From: an uncultured Dehalococcoidia bacterium
GTDB lineage: Bacteria > Chloroflexota > Dehalococcoidia > Lucifugimonadales > UBA1127
Length of the DNA stretch: 51,882 nt
Assembly: GCA_964499855.1 (NCBI GenBank)
Contig: CAZCPU010000002.1
Coordinates: forward strand, 1 to 51,882
Direction: 5' to 3'
Part shown: one piece after another, positions 1-10,262 of the stretch
How positions within the stretch are numbered: the stretch's first letter is position 1
Layout of the letters: the number at the start of each line of letters is the position of its first letter
Notes under the pieces: model-generated
The model's input: only the letters and a program-made list of their open reading frames with translations
Database searches by the model: none
Told to the model about the DNA's origin: nothing
Position numbers and translations under genes: made by a program

Positions 1-431
1 GGCTGCGGCCCGGGGCCGGCCCCCCGGCTCCGGCGCCGTCGCGCCACCGCGACGCGCACCTGCGCCCGACGCAGCGCGGCCACCGCCCGCTCCAGGTCCA
101 TGTCCGACTCCCGAGTCGCGATCCGCTCCTCGGCCCGGCGCATGGCCTCCTCCGCGCGCTCCAGCACGATCTCGTCGGCCTGCTCTGCCGCATCGGCCAG
201 GATGGTCACCCGGTTGTCCAGCACCTCCAGGAACCCGCCGGCAACCGCGATCGACTGCTCCTGCCCATCCTGCCTGATCCGCAGCTCCCCGGGACTCAGT
301 GTCGTCAGCAGCGGCGCGTGGTGCGGAAGGATGCCCAGCTCCCCGGCGGCGCCCGGGACCACCACGGACTCCACCTCGCCGGAGAAGAGCAACCGCTCCG
401 CCGTCACCATCTCGAACTGCATGGTCGCCAT
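1..431 (-). CDS. atpC: F1Fo ATP synthase subunit epsilon; the 3' end runs off the window start
   Basis: My own minus-strand translation from the ATG at 431 gives MATMQFEMVTAERLLFSGEVESVVVPGAAGELGILPHHAPLLTTLSPGELRIRQDG..., a typical epsilon N-terminus. It starts 10 nt after the atpD stop. There is no stop before position 1, so it is absent from the ORF track. Confidence 0.9.
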   Translation of the reverse strand, partial: MATMQFEMVTAERLLFSGEVESVVVPGAAGELGILPHHAPLLTTLSPGELRIRQDGQEQSIAVAGGFLEVLDNRVTILADAAEQADEIVLERAEEAMRRAEERIATRESDMDLERAVAALRRAQVRVAVARRRRSRGAGPGPQ

Positions 432-440
432 GACCTGCTC

Positions 441-1865
<1,425 letters not shown>

Positions 1866-2726
1866 TTACTGGAAGGTCAGGTTGCCCCCAATGATGTCGA
1901 GTAGCTCGTTGGTGATGGCCTCCTGCCGCACCTTGTTGGCGGCAAGCGTCAGGTCCTTCACCAAGTCTTGCGCGTTCTCTGTGGCGTTGCGCATGGCCAC
2001 CATGCGCGCCGACTGCTCGCTCGCGATGCCCTCGAGCACTGCGTGGTAGAGCTCCATCTCCACGTACCGCGGAAGCAGCGCGTCGAGCACGTCGGCCGGG
2101 ACGGGCTCATAGATGTAGCCCACCGCGCTGTCGGCCGTCAGCTCCGCCGGCGCCACCGGCAGGAGCTGCTGCAGCGTCGGCCGCTGCACGATGGTGTTGA
2201 CGAATTGCCCGTACGAGATGAACACCGCGTCGGTCTCGCCCGACGTGAAAGAGTCCATGATCAGCCGGGCAAGTGGGACGATGTCCATCAGCGTCGGCCG
2301 GTCGCCGAGACCGTCAAACACTGCTTGCACTTCGCGGTTGGCACGGATCATGAAGTCGCGCCCCTTCCGCCCAACGGTGACGACGGACACCGGCGTCCCT
2401 GCGTTGTCCTCTAGGATGAACGAGCCCGCTCGGCGATTCAGGTTGCCGGGAAGCGCACCGCACAGCCCGCGGTCCGGGGTAACGTGCACGAGGGTGGCAC
2501 GCTCAATGGGCCGGGCTTCCAGGAGCGGGTGCGGGTCCTCGTCACTGGGCATGCCGGCAAGGTGCGAGAGCAGCTCGGCCATCTTCTCGGCGTAGGGCCG
2601 GGCAGCCATCGTTGCCTGCTGGGCGCGGCGCATCTTCACCGCCGCCACCATTTCCATGGCGCGCGTTATCTTGCCCGTGTTCTGCACGGTGCGAATGCGC
2701 CTGCGGATCTGTCGTAGGCTTGGCAT
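1866..2726 (-). CDS. atpG: F1Fo ATP synthase subunit gamma
   Basis: 286-aa ORF with the gamma signature N-terminus MPSLRQIRRRIRTVQNTGKITRAMEMVAAVKMRRAQ. It lies between atpA and atpD. Confidence 0.96.
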   Translation of the reverse strand: MPSLRQIRRRIRTVQNTGKITRAMEMVAAVKMRRAQQATMAARPYAEKMAELLSHLAGMPSDEDPHPLLEARPIERATLVHVTPDRGLCGALPGNLNRRAGSFILEDNAGTPVSVVTVGRKGRDFMIRANREVQAVFDGLGDRPTLMDIVPLARLIMDSFTSGETDAVFISYGQFVNTIVQRPTLQQLLPVAPAELTADSAVGYIYEPVPADVLDALLPRYVEMELYHAVLEGIASEQSARMVAMRNATENAQDLVKDLTLAANKVRQEAITNELLDIIGGNLTFQ

Positions 2727-2730
2727 TGCT

Positions 2731-4245
2731 TTATGCCGCCGCGAAGCCCTTCTGAAACTCCTCTATGGCGGAGCGAAGGGCCGCGGTGTTCTCCTCCGTA
2801 ATGTCGTTGGTCTCAATGATGCTCCGGCCAACCCCCGGGTGGGCCGTGTCCATGTACTGCGTGAACTCGGACTCCCAGCGCTGGACGTCCGCAATGGGCA
2901 CCTCGTCAACGTAGCCGTTGCCCACAGCGAAGAAGGTCATCACCTGGTGCTCCAGGTTCTGTGGACGGTACTGGGCCTGCTTCAGGATCTCGGTGGTGCG
3001 CTGGCCGCGTTCTAGTTGCTGCCGCGTTGCGGCGTCCAGGTCGGACGTGCCGAACTGCGCGAAGGATGCCAGCTCCCGGTACTGCGCCAGGTCAAGGCGC
3101 ATGCGGCCGGCGACCCGACGCATGGCGCGCCGCTGGGCGCTTCCGCCCACCCGGGAAACCGAAAGGCCCGCGTTCACCGCCGGGCGGTTGCCCGCGTTGA
3201 ACATGTCGGCCTCCAGGTAGATCTGGCCGTCCGTAATGGAAATCACGTTGGTCGGGATGTAGGCGGACACGTCGCCGGCCTGCGTCTCGATGACGGGAAG
3301 CGCGGTCATGGAACCGCCTCCCTCCTCATCGCTCAGCTTGGCGGCGCGCTCCAACAGCCGACTGTGTAGGTAGAAGACGTCGCCGGGGTAGGCCTCGCGG
3401 CCGGCCGGGCGGCGCAGCAGCAGCGACAGCTGTCGATAGGCCCATGCGTGCTTGGAGAGGTCGTCGTAAATGACCAGGGCGTCGCGCCCGGACTCCATGA
3501 TCTCCTCGGCTATGGCGCAACCTGCGTACGGGGCAAGGAACTGCAGTGCGGCCGAGTCAGCGGCGTTGGCGGCCACGATGATGGTGTGCTCCATCGCACC
3601 GCTTTGCTCCAGCGTGCCGAGCACTCCCGCCACCTTGCCCGCCTTCTGGCCAACAGCCACGTAGACGCACAATAGGTCCTTGCCCTTCTGGTTGATGATT
3701 GCGTCGATGCATATGGCCGTCTTGCCGATGGAGCGGTCGCCGATGATGAGCTCACGCTGGCCGCGGCCGATTGGGATCATGGCGTCGATGGCCTTGATGC
3801 CCGTCTGCACCGGAGTGTCCACGGACTTCCGCTTGGTCACGTCCGGGGCCACGCGCTCCACAGGCCGGTTCTTGGTGCTGGCTATGGGGCCCTTGCCGTC
3901 AAGCGGCCGCCCAAGGGGGTCAACGACGCGGCCCAGCAGGCCGTCGCCCACCGGCACCTCGACCATGCGGCCCGTCGTGCGCACCTGGTCGCCTTCCCGG
4001 ACGGTGTTTTCCTCGCCCAGGATAACGGCGCCCACGCTGTCCTCTTCCAGGTTCAACGCCATGCCGAACACGTTGTTGGGGAACTCCAGCAGCTCTGTGG
4101 ACTTGCAGCCCGCCAGCCCGTGGATGCGGGCGATGCCGTCACCGACGTCGACCACCACGCCCACGTCCACCATGGAAACGCGGCTCTCAAAGCCCTCAAT
4201 CTGCTGCTTGATGACGGATACAATGTCCTCGCCACGAATGGCCAT
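2731..4245 (-). CDS. atpA: F1Fo ATP synthase subunit alpha
   Basis: Walker A GDRSIGKT and alpha-subunit sequence. The ORF opens at 4257, but the ATG at 4245 ([17 protein letters not shown]) has GGAGG 5 nt upstream and gives a canonical N-terminus. Confidence 0.97.
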   Translation of the reverse strand: MAIRGEDIVSVIKQQIEGFESRVSMVDVGVVVDVGDGIARIHGLAGCKSTELLEFPNNVFGMALNLEEDSVGAVILGEENTVREGDQVRTTGRMVEVPVGDGLLGRVVDPLGRPLDGKGPIASTKNRPVERVAPDVTKRKSVDTPVQTGIKAIDAMIPIGRGQRELIIGDRSIGKTAICIDAIINQKGKDLLCVYVAVGQKAGKVAGVLGTLEQSGAMEHTIIVAANAADSAALQFLAPYAGCAIAEEIMESGRDALVIYDDLSKHAWAYRQLSLLLRRPAGREAYPGDVFYLHSRLLERAAKLSDEEGGGSMTALPVIETQAGDVSAYIPTNVISITDGQIYLEADMFNAGNRPAVNAGLSVSRVGGSAQRRAMRRVAGRMRLDLAQYRELASFAQFGTSDLDAATRQQLERGQRTTEILKQAQYRPQNLEHQVMTFFAVGNGYVDEVPIADVQRWESEFTQYMDTAHPGVGRSIIETNDITEENTAALRSAIEEFQKGFAAA

Positions 4246-4305
4246 GCCTACCTCCATCCCGCACCGCGGGACCCTGCTTTTGTCACCACCCCGAAGGATG
4301 GCGCG

Positions 4306-4851
4306 TTAGACCATGCCCCGTGCCAGCGCACCCCGCAGCGAGTTCAGACGCTGCCGCGCACTGCCGTCTATAACGCGGTCACCCACCCGGATGACCAGGC
4401 CGCCCAAAAGTTCCGAGTCGACGGAGGCGGTGACTCGCACGTCGCCGCCCAGCGCGGTCGAAAGCTGCTCGGAAATGCGCTTCGTGTCATCTTCCGACAG
4501 CTCGACGGCGGAGGCCACCTGAACGCGGACGACGCCCTGTGAAGCATCCACGAGCTCTCGATAGCGCTCGTGGACCTGCGGTAGCGCCTGAACGGCACGT
4601 GCCCGCGCCAGCAGGTGCAACAGGTTGCTCGCGCCATCCGAAATGTCCGGCAGCACGTGCTCCAGCGCCCGCGAGCGCTCGTCTGCGGAAATCTCCGGCG
4701 CCTCCATCAGTGAGACGAACTCCGGCGTGGCTGCCGCGGCGGCAAGCGTCGCCAACTGCTCGTCCCATTCGTCCACGGCGCCGGACTCGCGCGCAAGCTC
4801 AAAGAGGGCTTGCGCGTAGCGTTTGGACGAAGGTTGTCTGCGACCCGCCAT
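4306..4851 (-). CDS. atpH: F1Fo ATP synthase subunit delta (OSCP)
   Basis: 181-aa ORF between atpF and atpA, with an OSCP-like helical N-terminal half and the C-terminal motif GGLVIRVGDRVIDGS. Confidence 0.92.
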   Translation of the reverse strand: MAGRRQPSSKRYAQALFELARESGAVDEWDEQLATLAAAAATPEFVSLMEAPEISADERSRALEHVLPDISDGASNLLHLLARARAVQALPQVHERYRELVDASQGVVRVQVASAVELSEDDTKRISEQLSTALGGDVRVTASVDSELLGGLVIRVGDRVIDGSARQRLNSLRGALARGMV

Positions 4852-4854
4852 GTG

Positions 4855-5355
4855 CTAGTTCCGCTGCGCCTCAGCGCTCTCGCTGAGTGCCCTTTCGATG
4901 AGGTCGCGGTGCGCGTCCCGGTCCAGGGAACGGTCGATGACGCGCTCCGCAGCGGTGATGGCCAGGTCGGCAAAGTGCTCTCGCACCTGCTCGATGGCCT
5001 GGTTGCGCTCCTGCTCGATCTGGGTTCGCGCCCGCCGGAGAAAGTCCTCGGCCTCTGCCCGCGCCCGCGCTTGCTCTTCCTCGCGATAGCGCTCGGCAGC
5101 CTGACGGGCCTCTTCCAGCACCTGCTGACCGGCGCGACGGGCCTCGCCCAGTTGGGCCTCCAGCTCCTCGCGGGCCTGCGCCGACTCCTGCCGCACCCGG
5201 TCCGCCTCTGACAGCGAGTCGCGGATGCTCGCGGACCGCTGATCGAGCATTGCCAGGATCCGCTTGTACCCAAAGAAGTACAGCACGGCCAGCAGAATGC
5301 CGAAGTTCACGAGAAATACAAGGAGACTGGGCCAATGAAATCCCAGGTCTGCCAC
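4855..5355 (-). CDS. atpF: F1Fo ATP synthase subunit b
   Basis: 166-aa ORF with a single N-terminal TM helix (WPSLLVFLVNFGILLAVLYFF) followed by a long charged E/R/A-rich helix. Operon position fits. Confidence 0.93.
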   Translation of the reverse strand: MADLGFHWPSLLVFLVNFGILLAVLYFFGYKRILAMLDQRSASIRDSLSEADRVRQESAQAREELEAQLGEARRAGQQVLEEARQAAERYREEEQARARAEAEDFLRRARTQIEQERNQAIEQVREHFADLAITAAERVIDRSLDRDAHRDLIERALSESAEAQRN

Positions 5356-5383
5356 GGAATCCTCCTCTTGCCCGGGTGTCTGT

Positions 5384-5854
<471 letters not shown>

Positions 5855-6880
5855 CTAGTGCTCACCCTCCGCCTCGTGTGGGGCCACGGCAATCGCCGCA
5901 AACACCACCGTCAGCCCAGCGAAGATCACCGCCTGAATGAGCCCGACCAGCAACTCCAACCCGTAGAACGGGACTGAGAAGAGGAAGGCCACCAGGAAGG
6001 AGGACACCAACAGCAGGATCTCACCCGCCGTCATGTTGCCAAAGAGCCTGAAGGTGAAGCTGACCACCCGTACCAGATGGCTGATCCCTTCAAGCAAGCC
6101 CACAAATACGTCGATCAGGCCCGTCAGTATCCGCCCCCTCAGCAAGTTGCCGAAGCGGAAGAACTCGCCGAAGTAGCCGATGCCATGTGCACGGATCCCA
6201 AGAATCTCCACGAAGAAGAAGGAAATGAGGGCCAACGCCAGCGGCATATTCAAGTCCGTGCCCGCCGGGCGAAGGAAGGCAGCCTTGAGATGCCCATCCT
6301 CGATCACGCCGAATGACTGGTAGATTGGAATCAGCGCCAGCCACGCATTGAAGGCGACGAAGAGAAAGATGGTAGCGACCAGCGGGAAGACACCCCTTCC
6401 CTTGCCGGCGCCCATCACGCTCTCGATGAAGCCCAACAGCCCTTCAACGATGGACTCGAGTAGCCCCTGCAACCTCCCGGGCACGACGTTCATCCGGGCA
6501 GTGCCAACCACGAAGAGAAGAATGAGGACGCCGGAGGTTACAAGGGAGGAGAGGATGGTATTGGTGAGAACGAAGGAGTTATCGTCAATGATCTTAGAAG
6601 GGTCGTCGTATTCCTTGGCGGCTTTGTTGTCGTAGTCTAGGGAGTCGCCTGCGTGGTCGCCGAAGACATATTGAGGTGCCAGGTGGACGGCCGGCTGGTC
6701 CAGCGGGAGGGTAAGGCCAACATTGTCTTTCGTCCAATCGTGGATTACTTCTTCATCACCGGAGAACTTGTCAACAAAGGCGGCGCCAATGGCGCCGGTG
6801 ATGAAGCCCGTCAATGCCAACGCCAAAAGGACCAATGCCACAAAGACCAGTATCCCTTTGGCGCCTCCGGAGATGGCCAC
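5855..6880 (-). CDS. atpB: F1Fo ATP synthase subunit a, unusually long at 341 aa
   Basis: Conserved stator arginine motif FRLFGNMTAGE and multiple TM helices. A ~90-aa acidic loop after TM1 accounts for the extra length. Confidence 0.95.
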   Translation of the reverse strand: MAISGGAKGILVFVALVLLALALTGFITGAIGAAFVDKFSGDEEVIHDWTKDNVGLTLPLDQPAVHLAPQYVFGDHAGDSLDYDNKAAKEYDDPSKIIDDNSFVLTNTILSSLVTSGVLILLFVVGTARMNVVPGRLQGLLESIVEGLLGFIESVMGAGKGRGVFPLVATIFLFVAFNAWLALIPIYQSFGVIEDGHLKAAFLRPAGTDLNMPLALALISFFFVEILGIRAHGIGYFGEFFRFGNLLRGRILTGLIDVFVGLLEGISHLVRVVSFTFRLFGNMTAGEILLLVSSFLVAFLFSVPFYGLELLVGLIQAVIFAGLTVVFAAIAVAPHEAEGEH

Positions 6881-6885
6881 GCCGA

Positions 6886-7113
6886 TTACTCCTCCTTTGA
6901 CCCTTGCTCTTGTTCACCCATAAGCGGCTGCACCATCCGGTAGAGCCCGTAAAAGGCGACCGTCGTCCCGAAGATGACTCCTAAGATTATGAACACAGGT
7001 GTGGTGCCGAGCCACCGGTCCACGAAGAATCCTCCCACAATGCCAATGACCACGGACGCGGCGACATACCACCCGACCCCCATGAGACGCAGAGCGAGAG
7101 CCCACGTTGGCAT
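6886..7113 (-). CDS. atpZ: AtpZ/AtpI-family small membrane protein, first gene of the atp operon
   Basis: 75 aa with two TM helices (GVGWYVAASVVIGIVGGFFVDRWLGTTPVFIILGVIFG). It lies immediately upstream of atpB. GAGGTGG SD precedes the ATG. Confidence 0.8.
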   Translation of the reverse strand: MPTWALALRLMGVGWYVAASVVIGIVGGFFVDRWLGTTPVFIILGVIFGTTVAFYGLYRMVQPLMGEQEQGSKEE

Positions 7114-7138
7114 ACGCCACCTCAGAGAAGTCTGGTGA

Positions 7139-7168
7139 ATCTTATCACTACCGTTTGCGGCGCGTCAA
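7139..7168 (-). promoter_or_regulatory. Candidate sigma70-type promoter of the atp operon
   Basis: Minus strand reads TTGACG (7168-7163), an 18-nt spacer ending in TGA (extended -10), then TAAGAT (7144-7139). This gives a ~20-nt leader to the atpZ ATG at 7113. Confidence 0.5.
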
Positions 7169-7258
7169 ACACTCCCTCAGTTCCCTCAGCGTCAAGGACT
7201 CTGTCATCATGTATCTCTCTAGCTCGACTTCGAGCTACGGAAGGAGGAGCATACCAAT

Positions 7259-7286
7259 GAAAGAGGCCCCACGTGGGGCCCCTTTC
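7259..7286 (-). terminator. Intrinsic terminator after the bifunctional-nuclease gene, symmetric with an A-tract and a T-tract
   Basis: Palindrome GGCCCCACGTGGGGCC (7265-7280) extends to GAAAG.../...CTTTC. On the minus strand the stem is followed by UCUUUCAUU. It lies 25 nt after the stop at 7310. Confidence 0.7.
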
Positions 7287-7309
7287 TGGCTTACTTGCTG
7301 CAATGGAGT

Positions 7310-7864
7310 CTAGCTGTTCGGACCCTTACCGAGGTCTCCTAAGTCCAAGCCTTCCACAAAGTCCGCAAATGCAGACATCCCGCGGAGTTCGTCCTCGCCC
7401 GGCGTTGCGTCTGCGGCTGACTGGCCGCCTTCGGCCGTTTTCTCGACCTCCTCGTCTAGCTGGACCCCGGCCTTGCTGAGGACATCCTCATCCACAAATA
7501 TGGGCACGTTGGTACGCACGGCTAGTGCCAGGGCGTCGCTGGGACGAGAGTCGACCTCTTTGCTGTGGCCATTTGTGTGGTCTCCCGACTCGAGGATGAT
7601 CTTGGCGTAAAAGGTGTCGTTTTGGAGATCGCTAACCACAACCCTCTTTACGGTTGCACCCATGGCATCAATGACGTTCCCGAGGAGGTCGTGTGTCAAG
7701 GGACGGGGCACCTTCACCTCTTGCAGCTTTACTGCGATGGCGTCCGCTTCAAACTGACCAATCCAAATTGGCAGGTAACGGTCCGCGTCTTTCTCCTTCA
7801 GGATGACCACACGCTGATAGTTCATCGGGCTGAGGCGGATGCTGTCGATGTACATCTCCGGCAT
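7310..7864 (-). CDS. Bifunctional nuclease family protein (DUF151/BFN domain)
   Basis: Sequence ...YQRVVILKEKDADRYLPIWIGQFEADAIAVKL...RPLTHDLL...DSRPSDALALAVR is typical of DUF151. The ORF opens at GTG 7873; the ATG at 7864 follows a GGGGGTGGG SD. Confidence 0.85.
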   Translation of the reverse strand: MPEMYIDSIRLSPMNYQRVVILKEKDADRYLPIWIGQFEADAIAVKLQEVKVPRPLTHDLLGNVIDAMGATVKRVVVSDLQNDTFYAKIILESGDHTNGHSKEVDSRPSDALALAVRTNVPIFVDEDVLSKAGVQLDEEVEKTAEGGQSAADATPGEDELRGMSAFADFVEGLDLGDLGKGPNS

Positions 7865-7916
7865 AGTTCCCACCCCCTACCGCAAGCTATCGTCCCCTAG
7901 AGGAACTGATTGAGAG

Positions 7917-7946
7917 ATTGTATGTCTCAGCTATGAAACGTGTCAA
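7917..7946 (-). promoter_or_regulatory. Near-consensus sigma70 promoter for the nuclease gene
   Basis: Minus strand reads TTGACA (7946-7941), an 18-nt spacer, then TACAAT (7922-7917). The inverted repeat ATTGACG-n9-CGTCAAT (7946-7968) abuts the -35. Confidence 0.7.
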
Positions 7947-8010
7947 TTGACGTCGTAGCTGCGTCAATGGGGAATTGTTGCCTGGCAGACTTCTCTTGGA
8001 AACGGTCGAA

Positions 8011-8064
8011 AAGAGCGACCGCCCGCCGTGGCCCGAAGGCCGGATGCGGGCGGTCACCGCTCTT
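8011..8064 (-). terminator. Intrinsic terminator ending the rplM-rpsI end of the ribosomal cluster
   Basis: 10-bp GC stem GACCGCCCGC/GCGGGCGGTC (8017-8026 / 8046-8055), extended by AGAGCG/CGCTCT. The loop has an inner GGCC-cgaa-GGCC stem. On the minus strand it is followed by CUCUUUUCG. It lies 19 nt after the rpsI stop. Confidence 0.8.
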
Positions 8065-8082
8065 CATGCTTGAGCCGAGGAA

Positions 8083-8502
8083 CTACCGCTTGGTGTACTG
8101 TGGAGCGCGGCGGGCCCGCTTGAGTCCATACTTCTTGCGCTCCTTAATGCGGGCGTCGCGAGTGAGCATGCCGTAGCTCCGCAGCAGCTTCCGCAGATTC
8201 GGATCGTACGCCAAGAGTCCGCGGGCGATGCCGTGCCGAAGGGCGTCTCCCCAAGCCGCGAGCCCGCCTCCATGGCACTTGGCCACTACTGTGAACTTGC
8301 CGAGGTTGTCCGTAACCTGCAGGGGCTCAAGCGCCGCCGATTGCCACGTCACCCAAGGCAATGCCTGTTCCAAAGAGCGTCCGTTCACCACAACCTCGCC
8401 GCCGCCGGGATAGAGGCGAACCTGTGCAACCGCACTCTTGCGCTTGCCTGTGCCATAGTAGTACCGCTGCTCGCTGGATGCCTGCGTCGGCCGTGTCGTC
8501 AT
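8083..8502 (-). CDS. rpsI: 30S ribosomal protein S9
   Basis: 139 aa with GTGKRKSAVAQVRL... and the C-terminal ...KKYGLKRARRAPQYTKR signature. Confidence 0.97.
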   Translation of the reverse strand: MTTRPTQASSEQRYYYGTGKRKSAVAQVRLYPGGGEVVVNGRSLEQALPWVTWQSAALEPLQVTDNLGKFTVVAKCHGGGLAAWGDALRHGIARGLLAYDPNLRKLLRSYGMLTRDARIKERKKYGLKRARRAPQYTKR

Positions 8503-8523
8503 CTCGATTCCTTCCTTGCCGAC

Positions 8524-8997
8524 CTAGGCGCTTTCGCCTGGCGCCTTCGTCTCGGGGGCATAGCCGGTGATCTGCGCCTGATGTGGGTGGTCCGGACCGG
8601 GGTAGATCTTCATACGTTTGAGCATGTGCCGACCCATTGTGGTTTTTGGAAGCATCCCCCACACGGCCTGCTCGATGACCTTATTGGGCCGACGCTCAAG
8701 CATTTTGTCCATTGGGACGCTGCGCAGGCCACCCTGATACCCACTGTGCCAGTTGTAGGTCTTCTGCTCGCGCTTCTTACCCGTTGTGTGCACTCTGGCC
8801 GAGTTCACCACGACGACGAAGTCGCCCGTGTTGATGTTCGACGTGTAGATGGGCCGGTGCTTGCCCTGCAGGATCGTCGCAATCTGCACAGCCAGACGGC
8901 CAAGCGGCATCTGCGACGCATCGAACAAGTGCCAACTTGGTTTGAGTTCCGCCGGTTTCGCGACGTATGTACGTGTCCGCTTTACGTTTGTTGCCAT
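8524..8997 (-). CDS. rplM: 50S ribosomal protein L13
   Basis: 157 aa with WHLFDASQMPLGRLAVQIATILQGKHRPIYT, typical of L13. It lies upstream of rpsI. Confidence 0.97.
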   Translation of the reverse strand: MATNVKRTRTYVAKPAELKPSWHLFDASQMPLGRLAVQIATILQGKHRPIYTSNINTGDFVVVVNSARVHTTGKKREQKTYNWHSGYQGGLRSVPMDKMLERRPNKVIEQAVWGMLPKTTMGRHMLKRMKIYPGPDHPHQAQITGYAPETKAPGESA

Positions 8998-9842
8998 GTC
9001 GATTCTCCTTGCCCCGGACCCAAAAGCCCGGGCCAGGGATCCCCTCTCTCTCGCAGCCTTTGGGGGCCGCTGATGTCCAAAACTCCTTCCGGATAGACCA
9101 CATGCATCAGATAGAGGCCGCGGGCCGGCAGCGCCGGTGCCCCGCCAACCTCTGTTGTTCCGTCCAGCAGCGCCGGCACAGTGGCCCCGCTAACGCGCCC
9201 CTGCCCGACGCGCACCAGCGTCCCGGCAATGCGTCGCGCCTGTTGCGGCAGAAAGGCATTGCCGGTCATGTCGACAGCCGTAACCGGCCCCCGCCGCCAC
9301 ACCTTGACGCTGAAGACCTCGCGCACCGTGTCCTTGCGCTTCATCGAGGATGCTCCGCAGAAGGCACGGTAGTCGCGAACACCCCGAAATGCCTTAGCCG
9401 CGCTCGCCATCTCCGCCAGGTCCAAGTCCGCCCGCACATGATGTGCGAACCGCCCCCACAGTGCGGAAGGCTCCGGTTGGTTCAGCACGAGGTAGCGATA
9501 GAAACGCTGACGGGCGTGCCGCCGTGGGTCAAAGTCCAGACCTACCGCCGCCGCTGCCACAACCCGGATATCTTGCGGAAGCGCGGCATTCAGCGCTCTG
9601 GTATACGTAGCTGCAGGAAGGGCCGCCTCGGTAGTAAACGCGACGACCTGTCCCCAAGCGTGCGCCCCACGGTCTGTCCGGCCTGCGCCGTGTGTCTTAA
9701 CGTACTCGCCCAGGAGCTCCTGGAGCGCCCGCTCCAACTGCCCCTGGACCGTTGGCCCCTTAGATTGTGTCTGAAACCCCCTATATCCCGTTCCGTCGTA
9801 CTCGACTATCAACGCGATGCGGCGCCGGTTTCCCAGGGTCAA
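8982..9842 (-). CDS. truA: tRNA pseudouridine(38-40) synthase TruA
   Basis: 286 aa with IALIVEYDGTGYRGFQ and the catalytic-Asp motif GAGRTDRGAHAWGQV. It overlaps the rplM start by 16 nt. Confidence 0.93.
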   Translation of the reverse strand: MTLGNRRRIALIVEYDGTGYRGFQTQSKGPTVQGQLERALQELLGEYVKTHGAGRTDRGAHAWGQVVAFTTEAALPAATYTRALNAALPQDIRVVAAAAVGLDFDPRRHARQRFYRYLVLNQPEPSALWGRFAHHVRADLDLAEMASAAKAFRGVRDYRAFCGASSMKRKDTVREVFSVKVWRRGPVTAVDMTGNAFLPQQARRIAGTLVRVGQGRVSGATVPALLDGTTEVGGAPALPARGLYLMHVVYPEGVLDISGPQRLRERGDPWPGLLGPGQGESTWQQT

Positions 9843-9861
9843 CCCTGCACTCCCGCTCCGC

Positions 9862-10257
9862 CTATACCAACTCGATAAGGGCGATCGGTGCGGCGTCCCC
9901 CTTGCGATAGCCCAGCTTCATAATCCGGGTGTAGCCGCCGGGGCGCTCTTTGTACTTGGGCGCGAGCTCATCAAACAGCTTACGGATGGCCTGGTTGTCC
10001 TGCACAAACGCATAGGCCATCCGCCGGCAGTGCACGGCCCTCGCCCGGTTCTCCGGCGTGTCACCGCCGTCCATGGCTCTAGCCGCGCGGCAACCCCATG
10101 AAATGAACCTCTCCGCGACTGGGCGAAGCGCCTTGGCCCGAGCTTCAGTTGTCTTGATGCGCCCGTGCAGGATGAGCGACCGCGCCAGCCCCTTGTAGAG
10201 GGCCTTGCGTTGCCCACTGGTCCTGCCCAGCTTGTGAATGCCGATGTTATGACGCAT
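9862..10257 (-). CDS. rplQ: 50S ribosomal protein L17
   Basis: 131 aa with MRHNIGIHKLGRTSGQRKALYKGLARSLILHGRIKTTEARAKALR, typical of L17. It follows rpoA. Confidence 0.97.
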   Translation of the reverse strand: MRHNIGIHKLGRTSGQRKALYKGLARSLILHGRIKTTEARAKALRPVAERFISWGCRAARAMDGGDTPENRARAVHCRRMAYAFVQDNQAIRKLFDELAPKYKERPGGYTRIMKLGYRKGDAAPIALIELV

Positions 10258-10262
10258 GGCCC

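Noticed and set aside
7172-7195. A tandem 9-mer (CTCCCTCAG TTCCCTCAG on the plus strand) and a second TTGACG-like hexamer lie upstream of the atp promoter.
   Set aside because: There are only two copies and no matching -10 for the second hexamer. It could be an UP-like or regulator site, but the evidence is too thin for a finding.
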